From Candidatus Methanoperedenaceae archaeon (GTDB lineage Archaea; Halobacteriota; Methanosarcinia; Methanosarcinales; Methanoperedenaceae): DNA of 64,000 bases. Location of the stretch: positions 1 through 64,000 of the forward strand of contig CAVWCX010000004.1 in assembly GCA_963753595.1 (NCBI GenBank). The letters run 5' to 3'. Positions 57,769 through 64,000 of this stretch are shown piece by piece. How positions within the stretch are numbered: the first letter of the stretch is position 1; the number at the start of each line of letters is the position of its first letter. A program made the position numbers and the translations under genes. The notes under the pieces were generated by a model, which saw only the letters and a list, made by a program, of their open reading frames with translations, was not told the DNA's origin and did no database searches.

Positions 57769-57984
57769 TTATGGGGAAATAAATACTATGTTATCTCCGC
57801 GTACAACTGCTGTTCCAAGTTTTTTCGTTCCGTTCTCTTTTATTTCCTCGGCATTAGCCAGGACGATATTCATGTGGATATCATATCCCTGTAATTCGCC
57901 TCTGAACTCTCTCTGGCCTTTTAACCGTATCAATACTGACTTATTTAACGCATTGTTTAGAATGTCGAGGGGTCTGTTTCCCAT
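57769..57984 (-). CDS. Sm/Lsm (SmAP) protein
   Basis: RPLD.L, G.L.GYD.HMN, VRGDN. Confidence 0.95.
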   Translation of the reverse strand: MGNRPLDILNNALNKSVLIRLKGQREFRGELQGYDIHMNIVLANAEEIKENGTKKLGTAVVRGDNIVFISP

Positions 57985-58067
57985 AAAAACGCTCCTAATA
58001 TTAATAAACCATTAATTCAATAGTGCACCAAAGTAGTTCGTACAATATTTAAAACTATTGGTGAGCC

Positions 58068-58550
58068 ATGAAAATTAAGTCAAGGAATGTATTAAGAAAG
58101 ACCGATCAGAAAGCTCTTGTAAGTGATATTGTCGAGGCATTTGGTGATGCATCATCATTTGAGAGCAGGAAGCTTGAATATGTCGAAAGTGACGGGCAGG
58201 ATTTCATTTTCGTGGATGGAGAACCCCTTTTATTTAAGATAGACGGAAAAATATTTCCTACTGTAAAAGGCGCCCTTAAATTAAACCCGACACGCCGCAG
58301 AGTCCTGGTTGATCCAGGTGCTGTGAGGTTTATCATAAACGGGGCTGATACGATGAGCCCGGGAATTGTTGAAGCAGACCCCGCTATAAACGTAGGCGAT
58401 CTTGTTATCATCGTTGAGAAAGCACATGGGAAAGCGATCGGTATAGGAAGGGCCCTTATGTCAGGAAAAGAAATGGTCGGGGGAAAAGGAAAGGCAGTAA
58501 AGTCCATTCATTATGTAGGGGATGAGCTCTGGAACCTTGAACAGAAATAA
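58068..58550 (+). CDS. PUA-domain RNA-binding protein
   Basis: VDPGAVRFIINGAD.M.PGI, GKAVKSIHYVGD. Confidence 0.9.
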   Translation: MKIKSRNVLRKTDQKALVSDIVEAFGDASSFESRKLEYVESDGQDFIFVDGEPLLFKIDGKIFPTVKGALKLNPTRRRVLVDPGAVRFIINGADTMSPGIVEADPAINVGDLVIIVEKAHGKAIGIGRALMSGKEMVGGKGKAVKSIHYVGDELWNLEQK

Positions 58551-58598
58551 ATAAATAGATACAAACAGTAAGGAGTACAAAGTAAAGGTGATTATTTC

Positions 58599-58967
58599 AT
58601 GGGTAAATTTATAGATAATCTTTTTGGCAGCGGGAAGAAGACGAAATCAGATGCGGATGAATATCAGGAACTTGATCTTTCAGAATATGAAGAGGGTTTT
58701 CAGGGCGAAACAGCCAACACTTATATTAAAATCGCTGAATTGTCAGGACTTGAAATGATGCCTGAATTAAAAAAACAAATTTATGAGGGCAATATCCTTA
58801 TGATCGATGTCTCGCCTGCAAAAAAAGATAAATTGATTTTTGACAGGGCGATCAAAGACTTAAAAGCAGTTGTCAATGACGTCCATGGTGATATTGCAAT
58901 GATCAAGGAAGACCAGGTAATCGTAACGCCTCGCGGCATGCGTATAGACAGACAAAAATTAAAGTGA
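58599..58967 (+). CDS. sepF: Cell division protein SepF
   Basis: Amphipathic N-terminus, GNILMID, GDIA, VIVTP.G..IDR. Confidence 0.88.
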   Translation: MGKFIDNLFGSGKKTKSDADEYQELDLSEYEEGFQGETANTYIKIAELSGLEMMPELKKQIYEGNILMIDVSPAKKDKLIFDRAIKDLKAVVNDVHGDIAMIKEDQVIVTPRGMRIDRQKLK

Positions 58968-59545
58968 ACTCTGAACACAGTAGTATTTTAACAGTTACCA
59001 GAAGTGTTTGTCCGCTTTGCGGTAAGGAACTTGTTACAAACTGGGTAAAGGATAATATTCCTTTTTTTGGTGAAGTGATGTATATTACTTCGAAGTGTGA
59101 ATGTGGTTTAAGATATTCTGATACCCTGATAATGGCCCAGCGAAAACCCGTTCATTATGAAATGAAAATCACGACACGGGACGACATTGATGCGCGTGTG
59201 GTCCGCTCGACTTCAGGAACAATAAGGATACCCGAACTCGGGGTCGAAATTGAGCCCGGGCCTGCTTCTGAATCTTTTGTTTCAAATATCGAAGGTGTGC
59301 TTGACAGGGTGGGTGATATCCTGGAGATGGTAGTAAGATGGAATGAAGAATCCCAGATCCAGCGCGCGCAAGAATTACAATCTATTATCGAGAAGGTCAA
59401 GGCAGGGGAATTCGAGATCACGGTTATTATCGAAGACCCGATGGGCAACAGCGCTATAATTGCAGAAAAAGCAACACACAGGGAACTTACACAGGAAGAG
59501 GCAGCCGGTCTTAAGACGGGTATGATGGTATTTGAGAAAGAATAA
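58964..59545 (+). CDS. ZPR1 zinc-finger protein
   Basis: CPLC...IPFFGE...CEC, IPELG.EIEPG, NIEGVL, EDPMGNS. Confidence 0.93.
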   Translation: MNSEHSSILTVTRSVCPLCGKELVTNWVKDNIPFFGEVMYITSKCECGLRYSDTLIMAQRKPVHYEMKITTRDDIDARVVRSTSGTIRIPELGVEIEPGPASESFVSNIEGVLDRVGDILEMVVRWNEESQIQRAQELQSIIEKVKAGEFEITVIIEDPMGNSAIIAEKATHRELTQEEAAGLKTGMMVFEKE

Positions 59546-60899
59546 TAAGAGTACTGTTCTTATCAGGCAAAAGAGCTATAATTCAGTTCTTCTGCTATTG
59601 AACTCAATACTCCAGGGAAAAAAATATCCTGACATCATTATTAGTGAGCTTTTTAAAAATGAAGATTTTTCATCCGATGAAAAAGCTGTGATCGTTGATC
59701 TTGTTTATGGGATATTGCGTCACCTGGGAAGGCTGGATTACATAATTGGACACGCATCAAGAGCCGCTATAACAAATATCGATCCGGAAATACTTAATTC
59801 GTTCAGGATATGCACATACCAGGCCTTATTTACGAATGTATCGGCAGCGGGAATAGTAAACAATGCAGTGGCGATGTCATCGAACGATACGAAATTAAGC
59901 GGATTTGTTAAAAGGACAATTGAGGCAATATTAAGAAATAAAGATGCGGTCATTTTCCCTGACAAGGAAAAGGCTTCGATCGAATATATTTGTGCATACC
60001 ATTCACATCCGCGCTGGATAGTTGAAAAATGGCTCACAGAGTCAGGATCGGTTAAAGAAGTTGAGGCAATATGTCGCGCTGATAACATGCAGCCGCCTTT
60101 AACGATCAGGGTGAATCCATTGAAGTCGGATATCGGATCACTTCAAAAGGCGCTGGATGAGGAAATGTATTCTTCATCAAGAACGGAATTATCACCATTT
60201 GGCCTTATTGTTGATAAGAAAGAAGGTATTTTTAAAACCCGGGCTTTCAAGGAAGGACTTTTCGAGGTGCAGGATGAAGGAAGCCAGCTTGTTACACTTC
60301 TAACAGGTGCAAAGCCGGGAGAACTTGTTATTGATGCCTGTGCAGGAAATGGCGGAAAATCCCTTTTCCTTTCAGGACTGATGAAAAACCGTGGGACAAT
60401 AATCGCTTCAGACCTGTCGGCGGCAAAACTTGCTAACCTGCGGCATCGGGCAGGAAAAGCAGGCGCGTTCAATATTAAGACCACGGGCAGGGATGCATTA
60501 AATGAATATGATAATATGGCTGATTGCGTTTTCATAGATGCGCCGTGTTCAGGTATGGGAGTTTTCAGGAGGAACCCGGATTCGAAATGGCGGTTGACCC
60601 CGGATGATGTAAAAGAACTTGCAATAAAACAGAAAGAGATATTAAGTGAATACAGCAGGCTTGTTAAGCCTGGAGGAAGATTGGTCTATGTCACATGTAC
60701 GATAAGCAAAGAGGAAAATGAGGATAACGTGCGCGGTTTTCTTACCGGGAACAGGGATTTTTGCCTGGTTCCCGTATCGGAAATGCATGATTTCAAATCT
60801 GGCAGATTAACCTGTGATGACGGATTTTTCAGGTCATTACCGCATGTTCATAATACTGATGGGTTTTTCGGCGCTGTCATGATGAAAAAAATGAGATAA
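59532..60899 (+). CDS. rsmB: RsmB/NOL1/Fmu RNA m5C methyltransferase with NusB-like N-terminus
   Basis: QDEGSQ, DACAGNGGK, DAPCSG.G, YVTCT, DGFF. Confidence 0.88.
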   Translation: MRKNNKSTVLIRQKSYNSVLLLLNSILQGKKYPDIIISELFKNEDFSSDEKAVIVDLVYGILRHLGRLDYIIGHASRAAITNIDPEILNSFRICTYQALFTNVSAAGIVNNAVAMSSNDTKLSGFVKRTIEAILRNKDAVIFPDKEKASIEYICAYHSHPRWIVEKWLTESGSVKEVEAICRADNMQPPLTIRVNPLKSDIGSLQKALDEEMYSSSRTELSPFGLIVDKKEGIFKTRAFKEGLFEVQDEGSQLVTLLTGAKPGELVIDACAGNGGKSLFLSGLMKNRGTIIASDLSAAKLANLRHRAGKAGAFNIKTTGRDALNEYDNMADCVFIDAPCSGMGVFRRNPDSKWRLTPDDVKELAIKQKEILSEYSRLVKPGGRLVYVTCTISKEENEDNVRGFLTGNRDFCLVPVSEMHDFKSGRLTCDDGFFRSLPHVHNTDGFFGAVMMKKMR

Positions 60900-60994
60900 T
60901 CAAAGACCTTTATGATGCAATCACTTGGCGCATGGTGTGATTAAGGTAATTATATATTATTAAACAGTCATTCAAACTATGAGGAGACTGATTA

Positions 60995-61450
60995 ATGAGT
61001 AATACGCCAGATGACCTAATAGAATTCTTGAATGGCATTTTTGCCTTATCGCCAGAGGAGATTAAACTATACGAAGAAGCATTTATCCATAGCAGCAGTA
61101 ACACCCTACACAATAATCAAAGACTTGCCTTTCTTGGAGATTCGGTATTAAAATTAATAATAAGGGAGCATTTCTACAAAGAAAATCCAGGTATGAGTAA
61201 AGGAGAACTCACCAAAATATGTGGCGAAGGTAAAGAATCCAATAAGAACTTTGCTAATATTGCAATCAAACTTGGGTTAGTAAAATGCATGGATATTAGG
61301 AATCGCCCTCCTGAAACTGAGACTCATAAAACGGTAAATGCAGAAGCTCTTGAAGCTTTATTCGGAGCAATTTACCTCAATAGAGGTTTTGAGGAAACAA
61401 AAAGGATTGTGGGGAAATTTATTTTGTCAAACTTGGTGACTGTTGGATGA
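60995..61450 (+). CDS. Ribonuclease III domain protein lacking dsRBD
   Basis: AFIHSS, NQRLAFLGDSVL signature, EALEALFGAIY. Confidence 0.88.
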   Translation: MSNTPDDLIEFLNGIFALSPEEIKLYEEAFIHSSSNTLHNNQRLAFLGDSVLKLIIREHFYKENPGMSKGELTKICGEGKESNKNFANIAIKLGLVKCMDIRNRPPETETHKTVNAEALEALFGAIYLNRGFEETKRIVGKFILSNLVTVG

Positions 61451-61487
61451 GGATATTGCATGAGAATATTTACAAAAAAAGGTCTTT

Positions 61488-62492
61488 ATGATTAAAGAGA
61501 CGCCATATCCTATAAAGAAATTAACTTTATATTATGAACCTGCTAAATTATCAATATCAGGTGGGAATATTGAAACCGCAGTGTTCCAAAAACCGAAGTT
61601 ACTTGAATATCTAATAAAATTTCCCAAAGGTTTTGATTACCCACCATTTCTTAAAGTCAGTAAAACTAAAGATGAAATAACTCTTGCAATTTCTCAAAAC
61701 CATTCTGGTAAGAATGAGATTATATTTACTGGTTTATCCTCCTCATTATATTCAAGGTTAAAATCACAAGGGACAAATGAAAATATAACCGATGTTATTA
61801 ATTCTTTCAGGTTTCGGGTATTGTTGGAACAACAATCAATAATCAGTCTAGTTTCAGTATTGGAAACATTCATAAAGAGCGTGAGAGATGACCACAATTA
61901 TAATCAAAAAAATAAAATCATCACTCACAGCTTCAAAAAAGTGGAAAAGGTTCTCTCCACATGCGGAATAAAAATACAAAAATTAGAGTATTTAAGCGAT
62001 AATAAAATACATAATAGAACCGAAGAGATAATTGATTATGCATTTAATCTTAGGAATTTATATGTTCATAATGGTGGGATTGTTGACAAATACTTTTATG
62101 AAAAATACAAGGATAAAATTTCATCAGATAAAATTGGCACATTAATAAGAGTCGAATATAGCGATTATAAAGTAATTCGGCAATGGTTATCTTTCTTTAT
62201 CCAGGAAATATGTAGAGTAATAGAAGGATATGATGATGTATGGACTGATTACCTGATAAGTAATGGCATTATATTACCAAATATTAATCTTGATTTGAAA
62301 GCCCTTAATGGAGAGGAATTTAGCATACCTCTTGAGGATGGAATTGAATTATTAGGAAAATATGATGATGAAATTGAAATCGATGAGAAAAAGCCTGAGA
62401 AAGATGAAAAAACCTACGGTTTTCAATTAGATATTGGAAAACTGATTGAATATAAAACATCTAAAGATGTGTCAAAAGGTGATGAATCTTGA
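61488..62492 (+). CDS. Putative HEPN-domain protein
   Basis: LVSVLETFI helix followed by Rx4H motif RNLYVH(NGG). Confidence 0.65.
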   Translation: MIKETPYPIKKLTLYYEPAKLSISGGNIETAVFQKPKLLEYLIKFPKGFDYPPFLKVSKTKDEITLAISQNHSGKNEIIFTGLSSSLYSRLKSQGTNENITDVINSFRFRVLLEQQSIISLVSVLETFIKSVRDDHNYNQKNKIITHSFKKVEKVLSTCGIKIQKLEYLSDNKIHNRTEEIIDYAFNLRNLYVHNGGIVDKYFYEKYKDKISSDKIGTLIRVEYSDYKVIRQWLSFFIQEICRVIEGYDDVWTDYLISNGIILPNINLDLKALNGEEFSIPLEDGIELLGKYDDEIEIDEKKPEKDEKTYGFQLDIGKLIEYKTSKDVSKGDES

Positions 62493-62893
62493 AGCCTTTG
62501 ACACTATATCAATTTAAGAAACATATATTTAATCTTCAATCTCCAGATATTGAAAAAGCACTTGGACAATATGTAAATCGCAACCAATTAAAACAATCGA
62601 AGAGAAAAGATATTGAAGAATTACTCGGTAATCAAAGACGGGGTATAAATCCAAGATATCTAATATTTAGAAATGCGAATATTGTTAGAGACCTAAAAAC
62701 AGGTTATTTTTACATACTAATTGAACTTCATGCATCGTATATGGAAATCATTGATGGAAATAATGAACCATGGGATGTTGATTTTGCCGCTCAAAAACAA
62801 ACTACAGTTGCGAAAATTAATTCGAAAAAGGAAATAGTGAAATCCAAATATGGATGTGATGCAAGGAAAAAATTATGTGGCAGTGGCGGATAA
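62489..62893 (+). CDS. Hypothetical protein, translationally coupled to the HEPN gene
   Basis: TTGA start/stop overlap; GGTGA upstream. Confidence 0.55.
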   Translation: MKPLTLYQFKKHIFNLQSPDIEKALGQYVNRNQLKQSKRKDIEELLGNQRRGINPRYLIFRNANIVRDLKTGYFYILIELHASYMEIIDGNNEPWDVDFAAQKQTTVAKINSKKEIVKSKYGCDARKKLCGSGG

Positions 62894-62998
62894 AAAACAT
62901 AGATAATTTTTCTCATTTTCGTTATGTTTTCAAAAACATAACATATTTATATAAGTTTCGTTGCTAAGCGATAATAATAACGCCGATGGAGTTAAGAA

Positions 62999-63099
62999 AT
63001 GGATAGCCTGAAGGAACTAAAAATTGAGATGCAAAACCTTGCAGACCCAAAAAAAGCAGAAATCCTGCAGGGATTCTTCAAAACAGGCAAAGGCCAGTA
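62999..63099 (+). pseudogene. 5' fragment of DNA alkylation repair (AlkD-like) gene interrupted by IS
   Basis: Manual translation MDSLKELKIEMQNLADPKKAEILQGFFKTGKGQY stops at the IS end. Confidence 0.75.
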
Positions 63100-64000
63100 C
63101 ATTGGTCATCGGTTAAGCCCACCAGTCATCCCTGAACCGATGTCTACTGACATGGGGATCAAGTGCCTGACTTGAATAGACATTCATAACAGTCAGAATA
63201 GTTCTTTCAATCCCATAATACCGAAGTATCAGAGTAAGCTGTTTATCAGCATTTTCGGCAAAAATCGTACTCCATCGCAATTGTGTAAAACGAGAACCAA
63301 TATCTTTTGGATTATACTTCCGAACTAACGAATATATTCTCCTGCTTACTAAAAGGGTAAGAATCGATATCCAGATAAAGGCTTCGATAATTTGTGTGTT
63401 CTTTGTATTCACAACATCAAGAGCGTATCTGCTTTTCAGTTCTTTAAAGATCAGTTCAATATCCCATCTTGCTCCATAGAGTTTCGCAACATCCTCAGCC
63501 TCCAAAACATCTTTTGCAATATTAGTAAGATAGACATGATACTTTTCTTCATCTTCATTAAAAACCGCTACCAATCGGAACTGTTCAGTATCCATTCTTG
63601 TCTTACTTTTCCCATTATAATTCGGTTTCTTGAATGAGACCTCAACTTCAACATCGAGTACTTGTCTTTTTAACTTGGGGAGAATTTCACTGATATATTT
63701 CCCTTTCACATCAATACTATTCCCCCGACACGTATTATGCACATCAACAATAAGAGGATCCGCACTTCCTTTCAATCTGGACACGAAGTAACCGCCATTC
63801 TCCTTGATTTTAGCAAAGAGTAGATGTTTGTAGAAACCAAGATCGATAAGAAGAATTCTATCTTTTATCCATGGACCTATTCGCAGAGTCTTCAATTCAT
63901 TTGTACTTTCAGGATGAATAGTGATGCTTTTTGGGCTGTTTGCCACGGCACTTACCAACAAACTCACTTTAACGCCAGCTGCTACCGTTCTGGAACGTGC
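63100..64000 (-). mobile_element. IS4 family (ISH8-group-like) element; transposase 3' part 63113->64000, extends beyond window
   Basis: IDLGFY, FVSRLK, YLTN, YGARWDIELIFKELK (YREK-type motif); terminus CATTGGTCATCGGTTAAG at 63100. Confidence 0.88.

Noticed and set aside
62989-62997. GGAGTTAAG, reverse complement of the IS1634-like left end at 30787
   Set aside because: Only 9 bp, 32 kb away, and better explained as the SD region of the AlkD-like gene

Overview
Archaeal chromosomal DNA, most consistent with Methanosarcinales and probably a Ca. Methanoperedens (ANME-2d)-like genome. This placement is inferred from DUF1608-type S-layer proteins, MptN, a sat / APS-reductase / Dsr-LP sulfur cluster, oapABC and the lsm-rpl37e-purF order. 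The window opens inside a 23S rRNA gene, followed by two tandem 5S genes, a prepilin peptidase and tRNA-Thr(CGT). Most of the rest is housekeeping (dinB, catalase, aspS, smc, rpl11-spt5-secE, pelota, acs, valS, sua5, mdh, purF, sepF, rsmB). Accessory content includes a six-gene pilin-like operon, a multi-TM + roadblock module, a large FN3/S-layer gene, a CetZ/tubulin-like gene, tandem kup genes, a TA pair inside the sulfur cluster, palindromic REP-like repeats, two IS elements and a terminal AT-rich RNase III + HEPN cassette. Five genes, including essential aspS, carry single +1 frameshifts that look like assembly errors. Best leads: the RNase III/HEPN cassette (61-63 kb), an ORB-containing AT-rich intergenic region beside a wHTH gene and a structured GC-rich segment (24.4-25.7 kb), the periodic palindromic repeat family, and the membrane-sensor/roadblock module. 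All family calls come from motif recognition; no searches were run.
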